This document shows positions 25,253 through 38,848 of a stretch of DNA of 64,000 nucleotides, one piece after another; positions within the stretch are counted from its first letter, which is position 1; each line of letters opens with the position of its first letter. This stretch comes from Octopus sinensis (taxonomy: Eukaryota), in the NCBI RefSeq assembly GCF_006345805.1, contig NC_043003.1, positions 23,684,001-23,748,000 on the forward strand, written 5' to 3'. The notes beneath the pieces are model-generated. The model did not search any database. It was not told where the DNA came from and saw only the letters and a list, made by a program, of their open reading frames with translations. The position numbers were made by a program, and so were the translations under genes.

Positions 25253-26226
25253 TCGAAGCTGAAAAATACAAGAAAAAATTCATAGAACCTGACAACTATG
25301 AAGAAAAAGAGGAAACAAAGAAAATTGTGAAACAACGGAAATCCGGACTAAAAGTGGAACAACAGAGTATCACGATGAAACGATGGCAAGAAAAACCCTT
25401 ACATGGCGAAAAATGGGATAAGCTAAACAGAAAAGAAATAGACAAAGCAAAATCCCAACAATGGCTGAGAATCCCAGGACTCAAAGCAGAGTTTGAGGGA
25501 CTTTAAATTGCAGCAAAAATAAAAGCCTCCTAATCAGAAATCACCTGAAACATATAATGAAGAGAAATACAGGTAGCTGCAGAATATGTGGTCACGAGGA
25601 AAAAACAATAAATCATATTGTCTCTGACTGCCAAGTCCTGGCTATGAAGGAATGTATCCACAGGCCTAACAGAGTTGGGACCTATATACACTGGGAGCTA
25701 TGCCAACACTATGGAATGAAAACAGAAAACATGGCAAAGGTACATCCCACAAAAGGTCTCAGAAAATGACAAAGTAGCCATATGCCAATACATGCTGATG
25801 CAGAAATCAAGGCTAATAGACCGGATATAGTTGTCATAGATACCCAAGAAAACATTCCTTCTAATTGATGTGTCAATACCAACAGATGACAATGTATAAA
25901 AGAAACGGAGAATCTCTCAAAATACAAATATCTGGAAATAGAGGTAACCCGAAAATGGAGTCTAAAAACAGAAACAGTCCTTATAATAACAGGTGATTAG
26001 GTATGATTAAAAAACATACAGACCAATACATAACCAAAACACCAGGACTTACGAATATATATAACATACAGAAAATATCATTACTAGACACCGCGCATAT
26101 CTTACATAATGCACTTTTAATACAGTGAAAATAAGAACACCTGAACAAACCACAGCACACACTGAAGGTACACAGAGTTGCGCTCGGTAGTGTAGTGAAA
26201 GCACGTGATAAAAATAAGAGTACTGA
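25251..26226 (+). mobile_element. Dong/R4-clade RLE LINE, 5'-truncated, decayed
   Basis: Collinear with 28655-29660 (WQEKPLHG, KSQQWLR..GLKAE, CRICGHEEKTINHIVSDC, NRPDIVVID); shared 3' UTR GCGCTCGGTAGTG.AGTGAAAGCACG; (AAT)n on both sides. Confidence 0.9.
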
Positions 26227-26235
26227 ATAATAATG

Positions 26236-26306
<71 letters not shown>

Positions 26307-26749
26307 TATGATGATGATGATGATAATAAATGATGATGATGATGATGATGATGATGATCTATGATAATATATGCGAAAGCGAATATCAGTGTATCAGTGT
26401 GTCACACTATTTCAACTTTACTCCTCCGACCATCTCTCTCACTGTTCAACGCCACCTGTTTTATCCCTCTCACTATTCAATGACTCTTCTACTATTCTTC
26501 ATTCATTTTTTTGTTATCCTAACCTTTTGAAAAAAAAATTTCTCTAAATATTATAGCAATTTCCCAAAGTAATTTCAAAAATAAACATTTTGAAAATATC
26601 TTTCTCTACATATTATAACTGTATCAAGTAATTTAACCATAACACGTGCTTCATAAATTTCGGAACTGAAATACATATTGAGCTCACAATATTACCCCTC
26701 ATAAATCTCTACCATAAAAATGTTGTAAACTTAGTATTTTTTCAGATAT

Positions 26750-26853
26750 TAATAAAATGTGTTGGACCTATTTTCATGCCGTCGGCTGTCGGAGCTATAG
26801 AAACGTAGCGCCTTCTGACTGCATGAAAATAGATTCGACTAATTTTGTTATTA
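26750..26853. repeat. Short foldback or MITE relic
   Basis: CTATTTTCATGC (26768-26779) and GCATGAAAATAG (26821-26832) are perfect inverted repeats with weaker pairing out to TAATA/TATTA. Confidence 0.55.
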
Positions 26854-27335
26854 CCTTAAAAAATACTAAAAACTTTTGAAACATATTTATGTTCAAATAC
26901 GTTTAGAGCAATTCCAAACCATAAAAATCCCACTTTAAAATATTGTTTAGCGACAGTGGTGTAATGTTCCTCCAAACTACGAACAGGAGTTTAGATACGT
27001 TCCAGCTACTGCAAATAATGGTACGTAAAGTAAGGCCCTACGTACATCAAATTGTCTTTAAATTAAGTGGCGGGAGAAGAATTAACGCTGAAATTTTAAA
27101 AGCTATTTATTGGTTGTTCAAGGGTAGGGAATGGAAACAAGCAATTTGTACTGAGCCCGAATGAGAAGACAAAAGAAAAGTTGTTTATCAAACAGTTTTG
27201 CAATAAGTTCCAAATCGACAAATTCTTTCAATGTTTTGATGAAAATTGTTCATTCCTTGAAAATTATTGTTCAAGTTTAATAAAATTTACTATCTACTCA
27301 ATGCATTAAGTGTCATTGTTGGGCCCATAATAATA

Positions 27336-27411
<76 letters not shown>

Positions 27412-27482
27412 TAGTGATGACAATAATAATAATAGTAATAACAATAATAATAAAAATAGTGATAATAATAATAATAATAATC

Positions 27483-27531
<49 letters not shown>

Positions 27532-27533
<2 letters not shown>

Positions 27534-29660
27534 TCGCAAAGGCTGAACAAGCACCTGGACGAAAACAAACTGTTCCCAGAAGAGCAGAAAGGATGCCGCA
27601 AGGGCTCATATGGCTGTAAAGATCAACTAATGATTAATAAAGCCGTAACTGAAGACAGCCATAGAAAGAAGAAAGGCCTCAGTATGGCCTGGATTGACTA
27701 CAAAAAGGCGTTTGATAGCATCCCCCACACATGGATCCTCGAAACACTAGCCATTAACAAAGTAGCACCAACAATCATAAAATTCATAGAGCACTCTATG
27801 AATAAATGGCAAACAGTCCTACACCTCCAAACAAAAGAGGGACTCATGAAAACCAAAGACATCCCCATTAGAAGAGGAATATTCCAGGAGACACGCTCTC
27901 TCCACTCCTTTTCTGCTTGGCACTGTCACCTCTATCTGATATGCTAAATAGAACTGGATGCGGATATAAATGTTACGGCAAAACGATCAGCCACCTATTA
28001 TATATGGATGACCTAAAACTATACGCTGCAAATGACAAACAGCTGGAAACACTATTAAAGACAGTTCATGGATTTACCAAAGAAATAGATATGAAATTTG
28101 GATTAGAAAAATGCGCCAAAGTAACCATGAAAAGAGGAAAACTAGTTAAGAGTAACAACATCACACTAGATAAAACCAATGAAATAAAAGAATTAGACCA
28201 AAACCAAACTTACAAATACTTAGGAATCCATGAACTAGATAAGACACAACACACACAAATGAAAGAGAAAATAAAAAAAGAATATTATAGACGAGTTAGA
28301 TCAATACTAAAAACAGAGCTCAATGCTAAAAACAAGATAATAGGTATCAACACTTTAGCTGTCCCAGTTATAAGTTACAGCTACAATATCCTTAACTAGA
28401 CACGAAATGAACTGTCCAAAATAGATAGGAAAACAAGAAAAATACTGACAGGATCTACGATGCATCACCCAAAATCTGACATAGAAAGACTATATATACA
28501 ACGTATAGAAGGTGGTAGAGGCCTTATACAGCTGGAAAACTACTATAAAATAACCACCATAGGACTGCAAAAATACCTACTTCAGAAGGAAGGAAAACTG
28601 ATCCAGATAGCAGCAAAACACGAGCAAAACAAAAAACTGTTCTCAGTATTTAAGGAAGCTGACAAATACAAACAAGAAATCATACCACCTAATAAACACG
28701 AAGAAGAAGAAGAAGATGATGAAGAAACAACAAAAGCTATAAAACAAAAGAAATCCAAACTAAAAATAGAACAGCAACGAGCCATGATAAAACGATGGCA
28801 AGAAAAACCCCTTTATGGTAAATACTGCACTAAACTAAACGCAAAAGAAATAGACAAAGAAAAATCCCAGCAATGGTTGAGAAGCTCAGGACTCAAAGCA
28901 GAAACAGAGGGATTTTTAATTGCAGCACAAGACCAAAGCCTCCCCACCAGAAATTACCAAAAACATGTAATGAAAAGAAATATTACAAGTAACTGCAGAA
29001 TATGTCGAGATGGACAAGAAACAATAAATCATATTATCTCTAGCTGCCCAGTCCTGGCTAAGAAGGAATATATTCACAGACATGACAGAGTTGGAACCTA
29101 CATACATTGGAAGCTATGCCAACATTATGGAATAACAACAGAAAAAAGATGGTATAGGCACACACCAGAAAAGGTCACAGAAAACGAGAAAGCAACCATA
29201 CTCTGGGATATGCCGATACACACAGATAGAGAAATTAAGGCCAACAGACCAGATATAGTTGTCAGAGATCATGAAGAAACAAAATGCTTTCTAATTGATG
29301 TATCAATACCGGCAGATGACAACGTGTCTCTAAAAGAAATGGAGAAACTCTCAAAATACAAAGACCTGGAAATAGAGGTAACTAGAATGTGGAACCTGAA
29401 AACAGAAACAATTCTATCATAGTAGGTGCATTAGGCATGATAAAAAAATATTCAGACAAATACATAACAAAAACACCAGGACTTACAAACACATATAACA
29501 TACAGAAAATTGCACTACTAGGCACTGCACACATCCTACGCAGAACACTTTCCATACAATAACCATCAGAGCATCACAACAAATCACAGCACATACCCAA
29601 GGCACACAGAGCTGCGCTCGGTAGTGAAGTGAAAGCACGCTATAAAAATAAAACTACTGA
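27532..29660 (+). mobile_element. Dong/R4-clade non-LTR retrotransposon (RT, CCHC, restriction-like endonuclease), 5'-truncated, few lesions
   Basis: EEQKGCRKGSYGCKDQL, WIDYKKAFDSIPH, RGIFQ(GD)SLSP, HLLYMDDLKLY, RLYIQRIEGGRGL, CRICRDGQETINHIISSC, RPDIVVRD..LIDVSIPAD..EKLSKYKDL. Lesions: -1 near 27890, TGG>TAG at 28397, -1 near 29415. Natural stop 29560-29562; (AAT)n on both flanks. Confidence 0.95.
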
Positions 29661-29799
29661 ATAATAATAATAATAATAATAACGATAATGATAAGAAGAA
29701 GTAGAAGGAGGAGGAGGAAGAGAAACTGGAGGAGAAGAAGAAAAAGGAGAAGAAGGAGGAGAAGGAAGAGGAAAAGAAGGAGAAGAAGACGGAGAAGAA

Positions 29800-30186
29800 T
29801 GTAGGTGTTTGGTAAATAGCTTGCTTTCCAGCCACATGGTTCCGGGTTCAGTCCCGCTGCGTGGCACTATGGACAAGTCTTTTCTCCTAAAGCCTCATGC
29901 CGACCAAAGCTTTTTGCGTGGAGTGTGGATTTGGTAGACGGAAACTGAAAGAAGCCCGTCGAATATACATATGCGTGTATGTGTTTGTGTATCTGTGTTT
30001 ATCCCTCCTAACACTGCTTGACAACCGATGCTGGTGTGTTTACGTTCCCGTAACTTAGAGGTTCTGCAAAAGACACCGATAGAATAAGTACTATGCTTAC
30101 AAAGAATAAGTCCTGGGCTCGATTTGCTCGACTAAAGGCCGTGCTCCAGTATGGCCGTAGTCAAATGACTGAGACAAGTAAAGGAA
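29800..30186 (+). mobile_element. SINE family A (OK-like)
   Basis: Full collinearity with the reverse complement of the 24345 copy. Confidence 0.9.
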
Positions 30187-30220
30187 TATGCTGATACATA
30201 TTACATGCATGATGCATATA

Positions 30221-31519
30221 CATAGTGGGGCTGAGAAAACGGACGTTTTTTTATGAATTCAGAAAATCATTAATTATAGATGGAAACAAATCTGACATTA
30301 ATGTGTTTGTATTGAATTAGCGTTTGTCAAACTTACGTGTGGAAGACAACATTTCTCATGTGGTGTCTGTTTTCATTAATGCATTTTTGAAGGCGTTCTT
30401 TGAAGGTGGCCTACAATTTCTCCAGCATTGCTCTGTCGATCTGAGCGACTTCCACGCGAATAGCTTCCTTCAAATCGTCCAATGTACAGGACTTATGCGC
30501 ATACACACGTCTATTGAGGTTTCCCCACAAGAAATAGTCACACATGGACAAAGCAGGGGACTGAGTGTCCATGAAATGTCAGCAAGCCTGTAAACGAGTA
30601 AGTCACCGAAAATAGGGCGACGAACATCCATTGATGCTCTAGATGTGTGGGCCCTCGTCCCTTCCTGCTGAAACCGCCCACGTCGAATAGGCATACGTTT
30701 TCGTCGTAATTCAGGTACAATGAAGTGGTTTATCATCTCGATATAACGCTTGAAGTTCATAATAACAGCATTTCCATTATTGTCTTCTAAAACGTAAGAA
30801 CAGATGACGGCAGCTTTTCCTTCACCTCACCATACCGTCACTTTTTGGCTTACACAGTAGTCTTTTTGTAGTTCTCTTTCATTTTCAGGAGCCCAATTAC
30901 GACAGTTCTGTAGATTCACCATGCCACTGAGGTGAAAATGAGTTTCATTAACGAAATGAGGTTGTTATTTGCCAAAGCAATTGCTTCCATCTGACGTGTG
31001 AAGTTAAGCCGCTGTGCATAGTTCCATATTTTCAACTGTTGCCTAATTACCAATTTGTACGGGTGGAAATACAGGCCTTCATGCAAAATTGGCCTTACCG
31101 ATCGATAAACCGATGTCAAGTTCAATAGGATGCCGCCGAGCAGAGTGATTCAGACTCCGTATCAAAGCTTGTCTGACGCTTTCCACATTTTCCGGGGTCC
31201 GTACCGTTCGTGTTTCCACCACCACTCTTCTATTCATTGGTGTACCTCGTGTATAAAGTGCATATACCCAACTTAAGATTGTGTTACGAGTGGGAATTGT
31301 CTGATTTCGGTGAATGTTGAAGTGACAGACTTGTTACTCTTCACGTAACTGTCGTAGGCAAACACGCGATGCTCTTTCGTCCACAGTGCCATGGCTTCAG
31401 CTTAAAGTAAAAAGTGCTAAGACACCACAGACTCAATGGTACCTGTCAGACATATGTCGCCTTCCCTGATGCTGAGTAACAGCCATTTCAAAAACGTCCA
31501 TCCTCCCTGGTGTACTCTG
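30221..31519 (-). mobile_element. Tc1/mariner rosa-type (DD41D) DNA transposon, full-length but decayed
   Basis: TA-flanked degenerate TIRs (CA.AGT...GGACGTTTTT) at 30221 and 31519. ATG at 31392 gives MALWTKEHRVFAYDSYV; also RTVRTPENVESVR, ILHEGLYFHPYKL, FQQEGTRAHTSRASM, CDYFLWGNL, DDLKEAIRVE. Spacing from second acidic residue to third D is about 41 aa after repairing one frameshift. Confidence 0.85.
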
Positions 31520-31973
31520 TATTTTTATGTGCTATAGACTCATACATATCAAAAGAAATTACCATTAAAATTTTTATCCGGAATTTGAAAGATTCTCATG
31601 TTATTTTTTACTACAGCGAATATATTTTAAACTAATACTAAATTTTAGAATAAACACATATTCAATTTTATATTGACTTTAAATGCAGTGAACGTTTATA
31701 GATTTTTTTTATTACTGGTGTGTAAAATGAAATTTAAAAATTGTAAGCATGAACAACTACATAAGAATATATAAATAACGTTGAAGTGAGAGAATTTCTG
31801 TTCGTTGAATAAAAAGAAAAATGAAATAACAAAACGAAGATAAAATATTTAGAAAATAAAATCGAAAAAGAGGAACTATCATTTCTGTTAAGAATTTACA
31901 TCATTCAGCAAGTTCTGCTTTTAGCAATAAGAAACAACAGTTTCATGCGCGTATGTTGTGATTACACACAAAC

Positions 31974-32011
<38 letters not shown>

Positions 32012-33066
32012 ACACACATACACCCACACGCACATACACACACATACACATGCACACAATCACGCACACTAACACGCACATACAGACAGGCACACACGCA
32101 TATATATTTACATATATAAATATGTATATAAATATATGTACATATATAAATGAATGTATATCTATGTATATCTACAAACAATATATATATGTGTAGTTGT
32201 GAGTGCGTGTGTTTGTTTATAGATATATAAATATACACACATATGTATACATATATGTCCATATCTACATATGTTGACTGACGTACATAAACATGTGTGT
32301 GTATTTATTTGCATATACACCATCACCGCCATATATACATATATATGTGTGTGTGTGTGTGTTGTGTGTCTGTGTGTGTGTGCGTGCGTGTGTGTGTGTG
32401 TGTGTGTGCTAATATGCACGCATGTGTTTAGTTTCTTTTCCAAAATTTCATGTTTGAAAGAAGTTTCTTTTTTTTTATCTTTTTCACTACAACATGTTAA
32501 CGCTATTTTCGGCTAGAGGGTTGCATGACGTCATAGGCAGAGCTCACAGAGCCCCAAGAGACAAGAGGATCGGTTCCAAATCGAAGGATGTTTCGTGTGG
32601 TTCTAATTAGAAAAGCCTCCAGTCAATGTTGAATAAGGGGATGTAACGTTGGTTGTTAAATAACACGATTATCGATTTCTTTAACAAACTCGTTGTTTTT
32701 AAACAATTACACAAAAAGCACAAACACACACGTGCACTTATTTCGTTCAATTCTTTTTTTTATTTTGTTATCAACCATTCATTTAATTTATTTTTGTTTC
32801 ACAATCGTATAATTTCAACTTCGACTATTCGTTTCAGTATATAGATAGAAAAACATGAACGGCTGCTTGGAGCTAGTACAAATCAACACTTGCTGATCAG
32901 TAGGAATTTTGGCAGCTTGGTACTACTTGAAAAAGCTTGTTAAGCTGTCTAAGTCTTGCGATTGTGTAATCATGTGTGCAAATATCTTTCAGATAATTGA
33001 TATGTATATCAACGTCTGTACGACGGTATAAGTGTATGCATAAATATATTACGTATGAATATACAT

Positions 33067-33139
<73 letters not shown>

Positions 33140-34112
33140 CAAACATATGTAAATATATATATATGTAAATATATATATGTATATATGTATATATATATCT
33201 ATATATGTGTAAATATATGTATATATATACATACATATATGTGTATATATATATTATATATACACATATATATATAAATATATATATTTATGTATGTATG
33301 TAAGTAGGTAGATACGTAGATGTTTGGGAATATCTGTGTGTATATATACAAAGCAATAAAAACATATGCATGTGTGTATACATATATATATCGATCTCTC
33401 TATCAAACTACATATGTGTGTATGTACAGAGAGAGAAAGAGAGAGAGAGAGATTGTGATAGATAGGTTAATAGATAAGTAGATAGATATTCATATGTATA
33501 TACTTATATATACATAGCAGTATATTTATAAAAGCACACGTATGTATGTATTTATGTATGTATATGTGTATGCATTCAGGTGTGTATGTAAGGGGATGTT
33601 ATATTCTATACCGGTATGTGCTTAAATATGATTGGAAAGTACTGATGGTTCTTTGGAATGGATTTAATGTGTAGCTGTACACATCGTTTTGATGAGTGTG
33701 GCTGGATAAATTTAAGGAAGATTTTTCATTTCCCATTTATATTTGCTTCTCAATCTAATATGGAAATATTTTAAAATTATGTGCTCACATACATGTTATA
33801 GGATGTGTTTGTAATTGTGTGTCTCCGTGATTCGGTGTGGGTAGATGTAGTAGAATGCGCTTATGGTTTTATCGTATCAGAAAAAGAATATTCGCGTTTG
33901 CTTGGTAAGATGCATGCATGCCATGTAAGCGCTTTCTTATTTCAGCGTGTATTACAGTTGTTAGTACATGTGCGTACGTGCGTTGAAGGTTCTATGTACA
34001 TCTTTTAATGTAGTAGTATCCAGAGATAATGGCTTCTACAGGGGACATACGTAAACGAATCTACTGTATATAAACACACACAGACACACACATACATACA
34101 CACACACGCACA

Positions 34113-34450
<338 letters not shown>

Positions 34451-34491
34451 TGCGATGTGTAATTCATTAGATTGTTTGAGCCTAATGGTTT

Positions 34492-34525
34492 AAAAATCGG
34501 CACGAACTTTCCGGAAAACCCAATA
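34492..34525. mobile_element. Solo mariner TIR
   Basis: AAATCGGCACGAACTTTCCGGAAAACCCAA|TA is the same TIR family as 18551-18580 and 58609-58638. Confidence 0.75.
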
Positions 34526-34789
34526 TATTCTATCTGTTAGCTAAATTTTGTCTTTAGCCATGTTTGTCATTCAGTCATGTGGAATGTCTTCAGTGTACAG
34601 TGTGACAGTTTAGTGTTTTTTGAGACATGTTTTAAAGTATTTGACATGTAATAAATACTGTCGTTGGTTTCATAAAGGAAATAAATATACAGAGATAAAT
34701 GTATTTGTGTGTTTCTGTTATTTTAGTATATAACTGAGTATAAGATTATGTTTGTTTAGCGGCGGTTGCCTTTGGCTCTATTTCATTTA

Positions 34790-37730
34790 TCCTCTACTTG
34801 TTTCAGTCATTTTATTGCGGTCATGCTGGAGCACCACCTTGACTATGTTAATGAAACGAATCGAAATTATTGTTTTAAGCCTAGTAAATATTCTATCGTT
34901 TTTGTTGTTGTTTATTGTCTATTTTTGCCTATCAAGTTACGGGTACGGAAACATACGGAAACCTCATCAACACCCTGTACATGGAGCAAGTAATACTCCA
35001 ACCAACCAGGGCAGGTAACACACTGGATCTCTGCTTCACAAATAATATGGATCTCATCCATAATGTGAAAGTGACACCGACACTACGCTCGGATCACAAC
35101 ATGGTAGAGCTGACCATGTACGGGCCAAAGGAAAGCATGGACATGCAGCCTACAAGAAACTCTCGGAATCTTTCCAGCTTGAACTTCAATAAGGCAAACT
35201 GGAAACAAATTGAGAAAGAGATCCTCAAACAAAACTGGCCTGAATGTCTCTCCTCGCCGGACATCGACATGAAACTTCAACAATTCATGTCTGTAACGCA
35301 AGCCATATGCTACAAATGTGTCCCAGAGAGAAAGGCCACTGTACACAAGAACAAAATCCCCAGAGAGAGGAAAATTTTAATGAGACGGCGTACAAAAATT
35401 TCAAATCGCCTAAACAAACAAATTGAAAGCAGTGAAAAGTCCCGCCTGAAAATAAAACTGTTGGAAATTGAAAAATGTCTGCAACTCTCCCATGAAAAGG
35501 AAAGAGCAGACAAAGAAGCCTGGGCTATAGACAACATAAAAACTAACCCCAGAGATTTCTACAGGTATGCCAAAGAAACAGCTACGGTGCACTGTAGGAT
35601 AGGGCCACTTCTTGAAAAGGATGGCACACACACAGGAAAACCAATGAGGGTAAGTGAAATACTGAATGAGCAATTCAAGAGTGTTTTCACTCCACCCCTT
35701 GGGCATTTCCAAATCAGCAATCCAACTGACTTCTTTACCACTGCAGATATAAAATCAGAGGCGGCGACGATAAATTACATCGATATAAAGGAAGACGATG
35801 TAATAAAGGCTATAGATGAAATGAAAACAGACTCAGCTATTGGCCCCGATGGATTCCCGGCAATCCTCCTAAAAGTATGTAAGAGAGTCCTAGCAAGACC
35901 ACTGCAGCTCCTCTTTCAGAGCTTCCTTGCAGCTGGCAAACTTCCAAGAAAACTGAAGGAAGGTAAAATATGCCCTATTCATAAAGGAGGTAGCAGAGCG
36001 GAGGCCAAGAACTACAGACCTATCTATCTCACCTCACACATCAGCAAGGTCATGGAACGAATAGTCAGAAGGAAACTAATCACCTTCCTTGAAGAAAATG
36101 ACTTGCTGCCTGACACCCAACATGGTTTCCGACCAGGAAGAAGCTGCTTAACTCAGCTCCTACAACACTATGACTGGGTGCTGAAACAACTGCTCAACCA
36201 CTCAAATGTGGAAGTCATATATCTCGACTTTGCAGAGGCCTTTGATAAAGTCGATCATGGAATGATATGTCACAAACTGCGTGATCTTGGCATAGTTGGA
36301 AAATTGGGAGAATGGCTTCATGACTTTCTGAAGAATAGAAGTCAGGTGGTAGCAACCAATAAAAATATGCATACATATATGTATGTATATATGGAACCAC
36401 ATTGGGACCACTACTGTTCATAATGGCCCTCTCAGACATGCCCTCAGCCACGCAGAGAGCCACGATCACAAGTTATGCAGATGATACAAAAGTTTCACAG
36501 GCAATACAGAACTCTAAAGACACTAAGCAACTGCAATGTGAGCTGGACGAAATATACAAGTGGGCTGAAAATAATAGCATGCAGTTCAGTGCTGAAAAGC
36601 TTCAAGCTTTATACTATCAGCATGCAAAACTGAATGCAATACCCAATGAATACACTGGACCCGGAGGGATTGCAATCCCAGAGGCACAATCAGTGCGTGA
36701 CTGGGTATTCACATGAGTGATGACGCGACCTTTCATGTACATGTTGGCTAAACTGACATGAAATGTAGACGGCTGGCTGGATGGATTCTTAGAACCTTTA
36801 GAACAAGAGAACAAGAAACCATGATGGTCCTCTGGAAGACACTTGTCCTAAGCCACTTTGACTATTGCTCTCAGCTATGGTCACCATCCAGTGTCAAGTT
36901 GATCACAGAACTTGAGGCGATCCAAAGAAGCTACACGAAGATAGCCTCTGTGCAGCATATGAGCTACTGGGAAAGACTCAAAAGATTAAAGCTCTATTCC
37001 CTGGAGCGTAGGCGAGAAAGATATGCCATAATATATATCTGGAAGATCCTGGAAGGACTTGTCCCAGACTTTGGCATCGAGAGTCACACAAATGCCAGAA
37101 CCGGACGCCACTGCATAGTACCAAGGACTCCAAATTTGCCATCAAGATGTAGGACAAGATATTGTGATAGCCTGGGCTTCAGAGGCCCACAGCTCTTCAA
37201 TATCCTCCCGAAGAACCTGAGGGACCTGCATGGTGTAGATGCGGATGTCTTTAAAGTAGGACTGGATCTCTTCCTGTCAGGTGTCCCGGATGAACCAACT
37301 TCACGGCAGGAAGTGCAGATGAGGGCAGCTGCATCGAACTCTCTCATGCATCAGATGGCGTTTGCTAAAAAGCATCCGTGAGGTAAAATCGTGTAGCAAA
37401 CCAAATGGCGGTGCCCCAGCATGGCCACAGCTCATTAGCTGAAACTGGAAAAATCAAAATCAATCAAAATCAAAATCATACCAACACCGGTTGTCAAGCG
37501 GTGGTGGGGATCAAATACATACGCAACGATACACACACACTAACACACACACAAGCACTCATATATATGCGTTGAGAGTCTTTCAGTTTTCACCTACCAA
37601 ATCTACTCATAAAGCTTTGGTCTGCCCAAGTCTTTAGTAGAAGAAACCTATAAATGGTGCCATGCCAATGTCACTGATCTAAAAACCACGTGGCTAGTAA
37701 GCAAAATTCATCCCACTCACCATGCCTGCA
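34790..37730 (-). mobile_element. Old SINE family A copy split by the LINE (pieces 34790-34956 and 37477-37730)
   Basis: ...AAGTTACGGGTACGGAAACATAC then LINE then CATACCAACACCGGTTGTCAAGCG rejoins the SINE consensus AAGTGACGGGGACGTAAACACACCAGCATCGG.TGTCAAGC. Confidence 0.8.
34957..37476 (+). mobile_element. CR1-group LINE ORF2 (end of APE endonuclease plus RT), 5'-truncated, defective
   Basis: QPTRAGNTLDLCFTN..SDHNMV; GPDGFP..PLQLLF..KNYRPIYLTSHISKVMERIV..QHGFRPGRSCLTQL..YLDFAEAFDKVDH; LGPLLF..YADDTK; YSLERRRERY. Stop 37379-37381; 3' UTR with (AAATC)-rich tail; possible 5-bp TSD CATAC (34952-34956 and 37477-37481). Confidence 0.93.
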
Positions 37731-38463
37731 CATATATATGCAAAATTAATGCAAAAATACGTCTACACTTTTGATTAAAAAAATTCGATAGTTGGTGGTG
37801 AGGATCTACAGATTAATTCGTATGCGTTTAGTTTTGTGCGTATTATTTGATTGCTATATATTCCGTATTTCCGAATGTGAACAACATGCAGACTACGAAA
37901 AAAGGAAAAACAAAAATAGAAAGAAAATGAAAGAAATTATTGAATGCGCTTTCTGACATGGCGCCACTGTTTCAACAATAGTTTTACCAACTAAATTAAA
38001 CGTCTTTGATACAATGTTCACTTGGAGAACTTTAATCGGAGAAAATAATTCCATTATATGATATTGACTATTCATATGAAATTTCGAGCGAAATCGAAAG
38101 CAGGTGGCATTTGAATTTAGATTGTACGGGGAAAGAACAGAATTCCTTTTTCGACATCGTATAGTATGAATTACTGCGGACATAGGAGTTGATGAGACGT
38201 AAATATTATGGAAAACGATGAAAGAAAATATTTCAGAAGGCAGATTTGTAGACAGGCACAAATATATGTAATTGAAAGAGGGTGAATTAAACAATCGATC
38301 GATACAGAGAAGGATGTAAGTTTTCAAAAAAAAACAAAAATAGGAACCAAACTTCCAAGTTCAATATGTGTGCGTTTGAAAATGTTGTATGACTATATAT
38401 ATAAATAGAAAGAGAGGTGTGTGTGTGTGTGTGTTTGCATATACATACATACACACATACATA

Positions 38464-38497
<34 letters not shown>

Positions 38498-38499
38498 CG

Positions 38500-38645
38500 C
38501 CCAGGAGCAGCTATGTGGTAATAAGCCACATGGTTCCGGGTTCAGTCCCACTGCGTAGCATCTTGGTAAGTGTCTTCTACTATAGCCTCGGGCCGACCAA
38601 ACGTTGTGAGTCGATTTGGCAGACGGAAACTAAAAGATGCCCGTC

Positions 38646-38695
<50 letters not shown>

Positions 38696-38761
38696 GTGTG
38701 TGTGTATATGTGTGTTTATACATATATATATATACATACATATATATACACACACACACAA

Positions 38762-38798
<37 letters not shown>

Positions 38799-38800
38799 CG
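38500..38800 (+). mobile_element. 5' half of SINE family A ending in its expanded internal microsatellite
   Basis: CAGGAGCAGCTATGTGGTAATAAGCCACATGGTTCCGGGTTCAGTCCCACTGCG...GACGGAAACTAAAAGATGCCCGTC then (TA)/(TG)/(CA)n. Confidence 0.85.
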
Positions 38801-38848
38801 AGTGATTTGACAAACGAAAGGTCACTCAGTAAATTTATTGGGGGTTAC

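Noticed and set aside
26943-27164. 73-aa non-repetitive ORF
   Set aside because: It starts at a non-ATG codon, has no recognisable domain, and its length is within chance expectation.
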